Assembly (NCBI RefSeq): GCF_006345805.1
Contig: NC_043007.1
Location: 64,542,001-64,606,000 of the forward strand
Source of the DNA: Octopus sinensis
Taxonomy: Eukaryota
DNA: 64,000 nt
Reading direction: 5' to 3'
The notes beneath the pieces were generated by a model. That model made no database searches, was not told the origin of the DNA, and worked only from the letters and a program-made list of their open reading frames with translations. The position numbers and the translations under genes were made by a program. This document shows, piece by piece, positions 51,078-64,000 of the stretch; position 1 is the first letter of the stretch, and the number at the start of each line of letters is the position of its first letter.

Positions 51078-53213
51078 GAATATATGTGTATTTATATATA
51101 GAAATATATATGAAGTGGTAAAAATCTCAAACAATGTAATGTACATTTAATTTCAATGCTAAAAATAATTAGCGTATCAACATTATTTTGATAATATTGT
51201 TTTTAAGATGCATTTTACAAACCCTCTATTGTCCAAAAATGGCTGCAAGATATTTTGTCAAATATTTCAAGTATTTTTATATTATAAAGTTGTTGTTAAA
51301 TAAATGAATTTAACAAAATGTTTGACAATTCCTCTACATACATTTTAACTAAAACAAAATAATTAAGTCTGATTTACGAACATATAAAAAAAAATTCTTA
51401 AAATATTCAACATTAAATAGCTAAAAGAGTGGGACATGGACTAATTTAGAACTTAATATTTAATGATATTCACATTTTACCCTGTTGATACCAACTCACC
51501 TGGTTCTTTGACATAAAACTGTCTATTTCAAACCACTTATATTCGAATTAAAACTTCCCGTCATAATTTTATATAAGAACTTTTTGTTAAGTTATTTCTA
51601 AGAAGTCACATTAATTATTTGTGCATGTACAGCTTACGATAAAAATTTACCTGATGATATTTGCAAGTACATTCCTCTAAAATATAAACATGGCTATAGT
51701 AACCAGAACAGTAAAAAATATTCATGTTTCACATGTTTCATCTATATATATTTTGGTGTTATACAGAGAGGTCAGGATATGGATACATGAGCATTATCTT
51801 CAATGACTAAGTAGTGTTGACTGATAACATGATAAAGTTTTTAATTTCATCATGCTTGAGATCAAAGAATGATGTATTTAAGCCTTTTTTTAGAAAAAAA
51901 AGTACATGCCCGTGCGAATATGAAGCAATATTATTTATAGTGTGATATTATTTACAAGATATATGTAGGACTGCAATATCCCAATGTGTTCTTTCCATAT
52001 TTATAACAGTAGGATAGGATTTAAAGGCTATTTGGCTACTACTTCTAGCAAATTGAGTGTTCATGTAGATGCTACCTCATTATAGTGTAACACAGTAACA
52101 AAAGGCTATTAGAGTGTCTTAGGATGTGGAGTGCTTACATATCTACATCAATTAAAAGCCCAAATAAAGATGCATGAAAGAGACTAAGATTATTTGTAGG
52201 ACATTTTTCTGAGAATTCTTCAAGTGGGCATTCATGAGTCTTGGAGAGGTCTATGATTGCAAGAAGACTGTTATTCTTTTTATGAATAGGAAACATATTA
52301 AATGTAGGAAAACAAACTAATTATCAGCCACAGATGAGATCTTTCTACATTTTTTCTTAGAGAATAAAAATAAAAATAATTCTATTGCACTTAAAGCATT
52401 AAGGATAATCCATTTTTAAGTTAAATATTCTATTAATTATGCAAATTTCTATCCTTATAAAATACAAAAATAAAAAGTAATGAAATCCAATTCCAGATTA
52501 TGATAAAATAGTCTTAAGCTAATTACTTCATAAACTATCAAACAATGATTGGTATCAGGTGAATTGGAGACAAATAGATTTCATTACAACTGGTTATCTT
52601 TACTAACCATTTTGAAGGACAATAGATATCTGAAGTTTACTGAAGTAAACTTGCTGTCAATTAAGAATGTTAGAGTTAAAATTTGCAATGATAATTTTAA
52701 GTCAAAACAAATAAAAATATTCATAGGCCCTCCTCCAGAACTAAACTCATACCAAATCTTCAAGGAATATAACATTACTTTTTCTCTTTAATCTTAACTT
52801 TAAATTTTCAACTTTTATTGTTTACCTCAAACCAGAATCTTTTAAATTAGTTCATGAAAGAAATTCCTGAAAAAAAAACACAGCATCTTGATAAAACACA
52901 AAAATAAATTCCTATTCTATTACAATGTTTAATTCCAATGTGATAAAGATGAATTTGGAAAGTGACAAACTCATTTTGAAAGAATTCTATTTAAATGAAT
53001 TCTAGAATCCAATTATAGAAAATAATATACATACAAATAAAGAAATTATTTAAGTTCTGAGTTGTAATAAACATTTGAAGACAGACATGAGTTAGATGAA
53101 ATTTTAGCTGCTAATATTAGGCATGATTGAAAACATTGAATTGATTTACAATTGGATAAGTGCATGTAATTGTGGTATCCCTATCTTGATTTGAAAACGA
53201 AAGAAGTACATAC

Positions 53214-53265
<52 letters not shown>

Positions 53266-54695
53266 GCATATACATACACACAAATACACATATATATATA
53301 TATATAGTAGAAGTAATAATATATGCTAATTAATTTTAATCACATGTAATAAAATAAAAATAATTTTGTTTTATAAAATCCTTTGGATATATTGAGAAAG
53401 GTACACTTAAAGCAAGGCTGTGTTGACAGAGGGGTGCAACAATATCTGGATAGTATTGGAAGCCCAACTGGATAGTAGGTGTGTAGGAACCATGAAAAAA
53501 TGCAAACAATTTTATTAAGAACTAAATTTTAAAACCTCTGGATAAAATATTGTATAAAATATAGATAAAATACAATTTTGCTTTCAGAAGGTGTTTAAAT
53601 GAGGAATATATTCTGCAGCTACAAGTGTTTCTGAAAATGTTATTTTTCATTTTCTTGGAAGATTATTCAGTTTATTCAGTACTTTTATTAAAAAGAAAAA
53701 AACAAGTATCTGAATATGAAGAATTTGAGCAAGACTGTTCCAGAAGAGAATTTTGGATGAAGATTGTCTGATTTAATGATGGTAGATTTCTGGTCTGGTA
53801 ATGACAATAGATAATATGATATTGTCAGGTGTCTGGCTCATTCCAATTATAGGTGCATGTTTGCTGCATTCTAATAACGATGGCCTGATGTCCTTGAGGT
53901 GTTTGGTCACTCAATATAGGATTTTTGATTGAAATAAATCCCAACTCTTCTTCAGCATTTATTGCCTGATTAGATTATTATCCTGTTGTCCCATAATCTC
54001 TTTTTACATGAGTTTTCAAATGAGAGATAGATAAATAGAGAAATAGCATTGAAGACAGAGAGAGAAAACAAGATATAGAGAAAAAGACAGATGAGGAACA
54101 GGTAAGACAGATTAATAACAAATGGAAAGAGAAAATGATAATAGCCTTAACTATATCTATTTATTCCTTCATATTAAATATAAAGATGATTTTTCACTGA
54201 AGGTATCAAAGATATCTTTGTATGATATATTGCAAGACTTTCTTTGGATAAAAGGAAAACAAGAAAAGAGGAAACAGAAAAAATTTAAAGACCTCAGTTA
54301 TCAGTAGCTTGCTGACTTATTCATTGTCTCTATTATCTTATTGCAAAAGAAATATATCTGTCTTTACAGTATAAATATAGATAGATGTAAGCTTAATTAG
54401 TATTGGAACAACACCAACAACAACAACAATGGCAACAAGGTACAAGGAAATGCCAAGCTCAAAGCAAAACATTACATCTCCAAAGGAAATAGTAATTGAC
54501 ATGAAGGAAAAAGCTAATCCTTTATTATTAGAGTTGGTTTACATTAAATATAGAAACAAAAGAAATGAGCATCAATGAATGACTCAAGATACAGACTTAC
54601 AACAGAAGCAAATGACTTATTTCTAGGTTTTGTAATATTTCTAAAATTTTCATTGTGCTAAATTAGTATCTTTTACAAATTTACAGAAGTTGGAG

Positions 54696-54758
<63 letters not shown>

Positions 54759-54786
54759 TACATACATACATACATACATACATACA

Positions 54787-54822
<36 letters not shown>

Positions 54823-55195
54823 TATAAAAGATAGCTATGGCTGGTCTATCCTTATCTAATTACTTTACTGCTCTATAACTAAGAGTATGTTTCTCTTTCG
54901 GATTTGTGATTTTCTGACAATATGTGTGTATGTGTGTGTGTGTGTGTGTGTAAAATAAAGTTGTTTTCTTCCACACCGGTAGAAATATACAAAAAAAGAA
55001 GTTGAAAATTTGTTTAGATTTTTTATTTTTAAAGACTTAATAGGTTTCACATATTTCTCTGATTTCCAAACATTGAGATAGAAAGACATAGTGCTATGCT
55101 ACAATTGTCTCGTAGTATAGTAGTGAAACTGGTTAAGTCTTTAAAAATCTTAAATCTAAATGAATCCCAGTGCATTTTCACCTTCATTTTTTAAA

Positions 55196-55250
<55 letters not shown>

Positions 55251-55257
<7 letters not shown>

Positions 55258-56511
55258 CTGAGAGGTTCCAATTTCCAATGGTTAGAGTTAGTTACTTGTC
55301 TCCAATCATCAATTGGTAAACTAAACCTGCTTTTCCTTTGAAATATTTGCTGTTTTAATATCTTTTGAAATATGAAATGTAAGTTTGAAGAAAAAATTTA
55401 CCTGTACAATCTTTTGTTTCAAAACCTTTGTTAGTAACACATGCAAAAATGGCTACTGTTTTTGATTTCATTTCTGGTTCTCATGGTAATATTATAGACA
55501 TCTTAAACTTCACATGAGTGAAGTCAATCTGATAACTGTTCTCATGAAATTGCATTGTTGTTTATGTAATGTTTTAAAGTAATACTCTTAAGTAATATTT
55601 TTAATAAATACTTTTTAAATTAATGTTTTTTTACAAACAATGAATGTGTATGTGTGTGTTCATTTTGCATGCAGCTGTGCAAACATGTACATATATACAT
55701 ATGTTCACTCATATACAAATACATACACAGAATTATATTTGCATGTGTACATATACATATATGCATATATACACATATGCACATACAGACAGGCACCCAC
55801 ACATATTAAAGTATTTATCAATAAAACACATTAATTAAACATTTTAAAATCAACTTTTTTTCCTGCACTAGAATGAAATTCAAGGAGACTTGTATTTACA
55901 TATGAAATACTTAACCATGTGATTTCAAAATGTTTAATGAATATGTTTTATTGATATTAATATGCTTTAATATGTGTGGGTGCATGTCTATGTGTGTACA
56001 TGCATATATATGCATGTGCGTATGTGTATGCTTGCATATATAATTATGTGTATATATGTGTCTATGAGTGTGCATATGTGTATATGCATGCATGTGCATG
56101 GCCACATTGCAAAATAAACACACACATACACATTCATTGTTTTTAAAAAACAAATTAAATATTTATTAAAAGTATTACTTTAAAACATTACTCAAATAAC
56201 AACACAATTTCATGAGTATAGTTGTTACAATTACTTTGCTTACATGAAGTTTAAAACATTCATAATATTACCATAAGAACTAGAAATGAAATCAAAACAT
56301 GAGCTTGAGGTAGCTAATTTTGCATGTGTTACTCACAAAGGATTTTAAACAAAAGAATATAACGATAAACATTTTCTTCAAACTTTCATTTCATATTTCA
56401 AAATATATTCAAACAGTGAATATTTCAAAAGAAGGACAAGCTTAGTTTATCAGCTGAAGATCAGAAATGAGTAATTCTGAGTACTGAAAATTGGAGCCTT
56501 TCAGTTATAAT
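55251..56511. mobile_element. Long fold-back element: ~600-bp imperfect inverted repeats, 69-bp spacer
   Basis: 55251-55851 aligns by eye to the reverse complement of 55921-56511 (attataactgagaggttccaattt / attataactgaaaggctccaattt at the outer ends). No coding capacity. Confidence 0.85.
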
Positions 56512-56612
56512 GTATTAAAGAATACTCAACATCTTTGTTGAGTCCTGTAATTTATTACTTCTGGTGACTCAACAGTTTTGTGTGTGTGTGTGTACCATTT
56601 CTACTCATTTTA

Positions 56613-56780
56613 GGTGCAGGGCGTGACTGTGTGGTAAGAAGCTTGCCTCTCAAGTACATGGTTCTGGGTTCAGTCCCACTGCCTGGTACATTGGGCAAGT
56701 GTCTTCTACTATAGCCTTGGGCTGAACAAAGCCTTGTGAGTGGATTTAGTAGAAACTGAAAGAAGCTTGTTACATATTTT

Positions 56781-56817
<37 letters not shown>

Positions 56818-57023
56818 ATGTATATGTTTGTGCATCTGTTTCCCCCCCCCATCACTTGACAACTAATGTTCGTGTGTTTACTTCCCTGTAACTTAGTGGT
56901 TCGGCAAAAGAGACCGATAGAATAAGTACTAGCCTTACAAGAATAAGTCTGGAGGTCAATTTGTTTGACTAAAGGTGGTGCACCAGCATAGCAGCAGCCA
57001 AATGACTGAAACAAGTAAAAGAA
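56613..57023 (+). mobile_element. tRNA-derived SINE with CORE-like segment, full length
   Basis: A-box-like gtgactgtgtggtaag, B-box-like ggttcagtccc, CORE-like ttgggcaagtgtcttctactatagcc, internal (TG)n. Confidence 0.8.
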
Positions 57024-57063
57024 TATATATATATATACATACATACTTACACACACACACATA

Positions 57064-58323
57064 TTGGGTTGGTTAAAATGTCCATTCAGTTTTTTAAGTG
57101 AAAATAAGACACAAGTTACAAGTTTTAAACCCAAAACAGTTTATTTAATCAATGATATAATTACCATTTTGTTCAAGTATCTTCTGTCATCTTGAAGGCA
57201 GATCTATTATTCCCTGCCCAAAGAATTTCCTATCTTTACTGGTAACAAATGCTTCTGGGTGAATTTTTACATCCTCTTTAGAACTGAAGGTTTGTCCATC
57301 CAGTGAATTTTGAAGAGACCAAAACAGGTGGAAATCTGAAGGCATAAGGGCAGGAGAATATGGAGGATATGGCAAAACTTCCCAGCTAAACCCCAGTAAC
57401 TTCTGCTGTGTCTGCAAAGAAGTGTGTGGTCTAGCATTGTTATAATGAAAGATAATGCCCTTATGATTAACGAGTGCTGGATGCTTCTGGTGGATTGCTG
57501 CATTTAATTTGTCCAGCTGGTTGCAGTACACATCCAAATTGATGTTCCTGTCCATTGGGGAGAAGTTCATAAAAGACACCACCATTTCAATCCAATCAAA
57601 TTGAAAGCATAACCTTTGGGTGAAGTCCTGCTTTGAAGGTTGTTTGTGATGGTTTGCTGTGCTTTCCCTATTGATCATTTATGCTTCACATTGTTACAGA
57701 CAATCCATTTTTCAACTCCTGTTATCATTCTCTTCAAAAAAGAATTGTGTTCTTCACATTTCTGCAATGGTTTGCAGACAGAAATCTGCTGGGTGAGGTT
57801 AGCCACATTTAATTGATGTGAAACCCAAATATCAAGCCTGCTGACATAACCAAGTTGATGTAGATGGTTTTCATAATTTGGATAGTTGAAGAATATCTAC
57901 AACCACCTAGGTTGTGTAATAGGGATCAGTGTTACTGTTAATTTCAGTTGGCTGGCCAGAGCCAGGTGCATTTTGAAGCAAAAAAATTCCTGATTGAAAT
58001 CTTCAAAGCCATTTCTGGCATACATGTTCCATAACAGAATCCTCTCTGTACACAGAACATATCTTCCTGTAGGTTTCTGCTACTTTTTTCCTTTTTTAAA
58101 ATATAAAAGCATGAGGTATCAATAATGTTTGTTGTGGTTCTCCATTTTCAGGGTGATTTGAAGCACACAAAATACAATCTGTCTTATCATAAGTTTGCAT
58201 TGAACTACATCAAAGTGTCAACTATCTAACAAGTGTGCATGGGGTAGATTGAAGTTAGTTACTTGTTAGAGTACTTGAAGTTTAGTGTTGACAAAAACTG
58301 AACAGACTTTTTGACCAACCCAA
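57064..58323 (-). mobile_element. Full-length decayed mariner (1260 bp) with TIRs and TA TSD
   Basis: TA|TTGGGTTGGTTAAAATGTCCATTCAGTTTTT ... AAAAACTGAACAGACTTTTTGACCAACCCAA|TA. Transposase remnant FHYNNARPHTS...PYPPYSPALMPSDFHLF. Confidence 0.93.
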
Positions 58324-58778
58324 TATGTACATACATACACACACAACTACTTTTTACCGAAATATCTAAAACTAAGAAATGTAAGCCATACAGAAGGTAG
58401 TATGAAGAAAATTTAGATTAAAAATATATATTTTAAAATCCTACATTCATTATATTACTTACAAACATTTGGAAAAGAAATGAAAGAAAGAAAGTAGGTA
58501 TGAGGGAGAAAAAGAGAATGACAGGGACAGATAAAAACATCAGATGGAGAAAGTTACATACATATAAATACAGGAAAAGCAAAGAAGTATAGAAATAGTG
58601 AAAGAGAGAAAGAAACAAATCCAAAATAATGAAAATAAAGAGAGTGAAAAAAAGAGAAAATAGCCAGATTAATAGAGGGAGAAATATACATACATGTGTA
58701 TACAAACCCATGTATATATCTCTCTCTATATATGAATATGTATGTAGATATATCTGAGAGAAAGAAAGAGAGAGAGGG

Positions 58779-58822
<44 letters not shown>

Positions 58823-59247
58823 AAGAAAGAAAGAATGAAGAGTAGAAAAGAAGAAACACAGAAAGAAAGATATCAAAAAGATTTTTAAAAAACCCTGAGA
58901 AATGACATTGATAGGAAAAGAAAAATGACATTGATAAACTAAAATTGTTTAAGTTTCAAGATTCAGATATAAAAAGTATCCCAAGGAACATATCAGCTGT
59001 TTTGTTGTTAATTCTGAAAGTCAATTATTGTGTATTGGCCATGATTCCACACATAACAATAATACTCAATGCCATAGCAGAAAAGTTCAAAAGATGATCA
59101 ACACCCATGTAAACAATGAAAGCTGAAATTTGTTCAAAGAAAAAATGATACAGAATTTACATAGAAAGGCAAAGGAGTGGTTTATTATCTGGAGGAGAAC
59201 CCTAACCTGTTCTTTGTAGTCATGATATGAAAAGTTGAGGCACTTAC

Positions 59248-59718
59248 ATTGTCTTCCAGCTTTGTCTTGTCTACGACAACTTCAGGTAGTAAATGGGATC
59301 CGCGTCTCTTACCCCAGTTCCAAGGGTTGTCTAATTTTCCTTCTTTAAATTTTAGTGGATCCCCTGATGATTGTTGCGAGTGTCTGCTTGTATGAGATGT
59401 TCGACTAATTTGTGACGCATAACTACTACGCCTTGATGATAATCTCCCATCAACATGGGACCATCTGCGTTGGTGAGACAAAAAACTAGATCGCCTACCA
59501 TTAAGAACACTTTTTAAAGGTAGGTTGCATAAATCGTCTGATGTTGGCGTGACTGCATTCGAGTCATCTGCAAACGGTAAATTTAGATTCTCCAAATAAT
59601 GAGGCATAAGCGGTTGCCGATCATTAGCACGGGTATTTTTTACTTTCCTCCAAGAGAGCTGACTGGTTTTGCTGCCACGCCGAAGAGGGAACGGTGAGCC
59701 AGGCAAACTTAAGCTGGC
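59248..59718 (-). CDS. Nav1: Voltage-gated Na+ channel alpha subunit, exon in domain I-II linker (471 nt, phase 0-0)
   Basis: Acceptor ctctcccatttcag|GCC, donor GAC AAT|gtaagt. Encodes ASLSLPGSPFPLRRGSK...LPFADDSNAVTP...PEVVVDKTKLEDN. SLPGSPF and LPFADDS are hallmark motifs of the Nav1/para I-II loop. Confidence 0.95.
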
Positions 59719-60689
59719 CTGAAATGGGAGAGAATATGTGAGGATCACAAAACAGCATCTTCAGCAAGACAAGGGGTGGTGTTAAATGAAAAGAGAACAA
59801 TAACTTACAGACAGGTTGTTGAAAAGATAGGCAGCCACATGTTAGCTCAGGTAGACGGAAGTGACAAAATTAAAGGACAAAGAAATTCTTCTTTTAAGAC
59901 CCTTAAATTCACAACAAACTGTATGTTTAATAAAGAGGAATTAAAATAATGAAAGAGAAAGAGTGATAATTTGAAAAAATGGCAGTTCTTGGTGTTGCCT
60001 TAGTTCACTCTTTCCTAATGGAAGTTAAGAAATACGTTTGGTATACATATTTTTTTCTCAATATATTGCTACAGTTTGGGAGATTCATGAGAAAATCAAA
60101 TATTGGATCAGTTTTCATTTTGAACCATGCTAAAATCTTAGTATCTTTTTGAAACGCATTGCCACTCCTTTGCATCTCTTTGATTGCTGAGTTTTTTTCT
60201 TTTTCTTTTTCTATTTATTTTTTTCCAAAGCAGATTAAAACATATCGAATACATTTTTTCATCACATTCATGCCTGGAGAAAGACAAGGGAGACAGCAGG
60301 AAATAATGATAGGAAATAACAAAGGGCAATATTTTTCTTTTATTTTTTTAGCTAGTCAGGGTTTTTTCTGGGTTGGGGAGAAAGCTGGACAGTTTTGAAA
60401 AGGTCTATGAGCACATTTAGGACAATATTAGCTAGTGAAAATGGAGATAAATATAAGAACAATTTATAAAGGACAAAGGTAGAGGAGCAGGATGTTAATT
60501 TTGTGAGTTCAGTCTACCTGTTTGCCATAGGCAGTCATTCAAAATATTGTCAACATAAAGCATAGCACAACATATTTTCAAGCTAAAGACAAGCCAAGCT
60601 CATGCATAGCAAAACATGCTGATATACAAAGCAAATGTGAAATAACAGCAGACAACATCACATGAAATACTCAAATGTTGATATATATG

Positions 60690-60765
<76 letters not shown>

Positions 60766-61627
60766 TATATATATATAAATATATATATAAATATATATAT
60801 AAATATATATATATAATAAATATATATGCATATATACACACACCTATCATATGACTATCTTGCTAGATTAAATACTAGATAAAAAATTCACTGCATATTA
60901 TTTTAAATCTTTCTTTTCAGTTAAATTCTATATTTATTCTTGAAATATAGTGATAAATATTTAAAACATTTTGAGTTAGATTTAAATACTAATGAATAAA
61001 TATTATGAAATACATTTTAAATGTTTTATTTATTCTTTCTGTCTATATATAAGAAAATACTTTTTAAGGTAAATTTCCTAAGCACTGAATTATCTTTAAA
61101 ATAGCAAAGATTTTTAATTAATTTAGAAAATAAATAACATCTTATATTTCAGATTTAGATTATTCTTTTACCAATAAAAGTTTGACAATCTGAATATAAA
61201 GACATCTGCTTCAGCATTTTGGTTAGATTTTCTTTTAGTTAAATTAAGAAACATTATGATAAAAAATTTAGAATCTAGAGCTGCAAGGCATTTTTGTGAC
61301 AAGGTAATGGTTTATTATTTTAGGTAATGAAAACAATGAATCAGTTTTAGATTAGTGGCATGGTGGAAAGAATACTATGAGTTATCATCTGATATTGATG
61401 TGAATTTAGAGACAAATGTAAAATGGAATATATCCATGTGATTGACAAAAGCGAGACAGAATTGTCTAAATTTGTGTGCATCTGCACTTCTTAACTGTGT
61501 CTAGGTGAAATTATCAAAATAAATTCTCAGAACTGTTTGAATTTTTGATGAAATTCAGTTGGTAAAAACAAAGTGAAGCTATTTTCAAAATAACTCATAT
61601 CATCCGGTTTTGTTTGAACAAGAAAAG

Positions 61628-61690
<63 letters not shown>

Positions 61691-62587
61691 GAGAAGGGAA
61701 GGAAAAACAAAAATGAAAATCAATTTGTTAATTCTTTTTAATTTTGCAATACATTTTTAAAATTAATTCCTGATTTTGTGTACATTGGTGTAATCATGCT
61801 TTCATTCGGAAAGAGTGCTAATGGAACTGCAGATATAAATTATGTTTAATTGTATGAGATACCAGACTATGTAACTCATCCCAATATGAAGATGGGGGTT
61901 AATATCAGAGACTTTCGTCTTATATATTTATTTTCATTTCAGTGAACAAAAAAGTTTTCTAGTTTGACATGAGTTAAACTTTGAAGAATTAACATGTAAT
62001 TTCTTTACAGAAGAATAAATTGTAACAATAATTGTAAAAGAAATAATATTAGTAAAAATAATAGTAATTTAATATATTCTAAATGTTTAATGTTATTGTT
62101 AAACCAATAATAGCAAATTTAATATAAGTAGTATTATTAGCAGGAGATCATACAAAATCTAATATCAACTAGTGAAATATATCTTGCTATTTTAGATGCA
62201 AGTCTTTAATCAAATATTTAAAACAGTATCTAAATCATAAATAATAATTTGAAATATATAATCAAGCAACCTTGTAAAGAGAAGAAAAAAGAAAAGCAAG
62301 AAAATTGTGCCAAGTCAATAAGTGAATAGTGACAAGCTGTTCTTATTGTATTCCTCAGAATTGAAAAAGCTGCAGTAATGGTGTCATTTTTAATTATAAA
62401 ATGTGTAAATCTTTCAATTACAATTTCTTAACTAAAAGTATGAGTGTATGTGTGTGTGTATGTATTTGTGTGTGTGTGTGAGTGAGTGCATGTGTGCATG
62501 CGCATAATATATATACATACACACACACATATATATACACACACGTGCACACACACACACATACATATATATATAAATATATATATA

Positions 62588-62642
<55 letters not shown>

Positions 62643-62755
62643 GCAATTAATTCGGTGGGATTAGTAATATTTTTGGTAGAAATGACTAATTGTCCCTCTT
62701 AGCGTGTGGCATGTATGTATAATGCCCTGGCATGTATGTATAATGCCCTCTATAT

Positions 62756-62806
<51 letters not shown>

Positions 62807-63560
62807 TTATTTATATATATCAAAACAATAATAAAAGTAACATCAAAATGTTCTTCTGTGTCCCATGTGGTGTCCACTAGAATCTCAAACTGAAATCCAT
62901 GTTCAAATAGAAAGAAACAAAGAGATTATTTTGAACATGGTTTACAGTAAAATGAAGGACTTTTTTTTAAAACTTAAATGAAAAAATAACTTTCAAGAAG
63001 TTAACTGATTTTAAGACAATTATTTTTCTTTAATTTAACAGTTTTACAGGCTTTTTTTATATAAAAATGTATTTATAAACATTTGCAACACAAGGTGATC
63101 TTATGTAAAAATTTTGGTATTCTCATTGAATGAGAAGCAAAAAGCTAACAAACTACTATGTGAAAAAAAAAAAAACCAACTTTATAGCTTAAAGGAACGC
63201 AGGAACGTGCACAGATATAAATATGTATATGCATGAGCATGTATTAGTTTGTGTGTGGGTGTATGTAGGTGAATATGCATGTTTATAAAACAAAATATAT
63301 GCACAAAGAATTTTGTGTGTATGTGAATATATGTATATGTATATTTGTATGTATGTATGTATGTATGTATGTATGTATGTATGTATGTATGTATGTATGT
63401 ATGCATGCATGTATGTATGTATGTATGTATGTATGTATGCATGTATGTATACTTTCGTGTGAATATATATATAGTTATGGTATATTCTGTTAAGAACGTA
63501 GTATAGTACAGTATAAAGCTTGTCCACCTTCAGATTTCTTCAATTATATATATATATATA

Positions 63561-63745
63561 TCATCATTGTTTAACGTCTGTTTTCCATGCTGTCATGGAT
63601 TGGACGGTTTGACTGAGGGCTGGCAAACCAGTAGGCTGCACCAGGCTCCAATCTGATCTGGCATGGTTTCTATAGCTGGATGCCCTTTCTAAGCCAACCA
63701 CTTCAAGAGTGTAGTGGGTGATTCTTACATGCCACACACACACAC
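63561..63745 (-). mobile_element. Short element with RTE-type 3' tail
   Basis: Reverse complement of 28660-28835. Confidence 0.75.
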
Positions 63746-63774
63746 ACACAAACAGTAACAATTACACAACTACG

Positions 63775-63806
<32 letters not shown>

Positions 63807-63920
63807 CATATATACATTAACATAATTATATGTATATATAACTATAAAATGATATATATAATTGTATACACACATAACTATATAAACAAACACACACACA
63901 CATATGTAATTATATATATT

Positions 63921-63951
<31 letters not shown>

Positions 63952-64000
63952 AAATACAAAAGCATTTTCCTATCTGTCTGTATATATGTATGTACAATAT

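Noticed and set aside
51500-51522. Candidate micro-exon with a strong donor (CAG|gtgagt)
   Set aside because: At 23 nt it would shift the frame between two phase-0 junctions, and the acceptor lacks a pyrimidine tract.
52549-52791. 80-aa plus-strand ORF
   Set aside because: No recognisable motif, antisense within an intron, and its length is expected by chance.
53650-54000. Possible R4/Dong-type endonuclease remnant on the minus strand
   Set aside because: The similarity by eye is too weak to support without tblastn.
59207-59247. Alternative downstream donor (ACAG|gttagg) extending the 471-nt exon
   Set aside because: It adds 41 nt and breaks the frame with the next exon.

Overview
AT-rich, microsatellite-dense animal genomic DNA. 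The repeat content and the channel sequence point to a coleoid cephalopod, most likely Octopus (inference, no database search). The whole window lies inside one minus-strand gene, a voltage-gated sodium channel alpha subunit (Nav1/para orthologue). I reconstructed nine exons by hand. All have GT-AG boundaries and consistent phases, giving one open frame from the domain I-II linker through all of domain II and the II-III linker to DIII-S1. The gene runs off both ends of the window. The introns (0.2-18.8 kb) are filled with transposons: two decayed Ty3/gypsy LTR elements, several RTE LINEs, CR1-group and Tx1/L1-group LINE fragments, at least four Tc1/mariner relics, several SINE families and MITE/fold-back elements. 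The most notable observations: (1) a 30-bp tandem duplication of a Nav splice acceptor that creates two in-frame 3' splice sites (+/-10 aa just before DII-S1); (2) a 1.66-kb ORF1-only retroelement with a 21-bp TSD nested in a gypsy 5' LTR; (3) two long intronic fold-back structures (~600-bp and 215-bp arms) that should form dsRNA in the channel pre-mRNA; (4) a MITE with a repeated AGCCTGAGT motif; (5) non-canonical residues in the DII outer pore. I found no evidence for a prokaryotic-type system. Most short ORFs in the supplied track are microsatellite or transposon artefacts.
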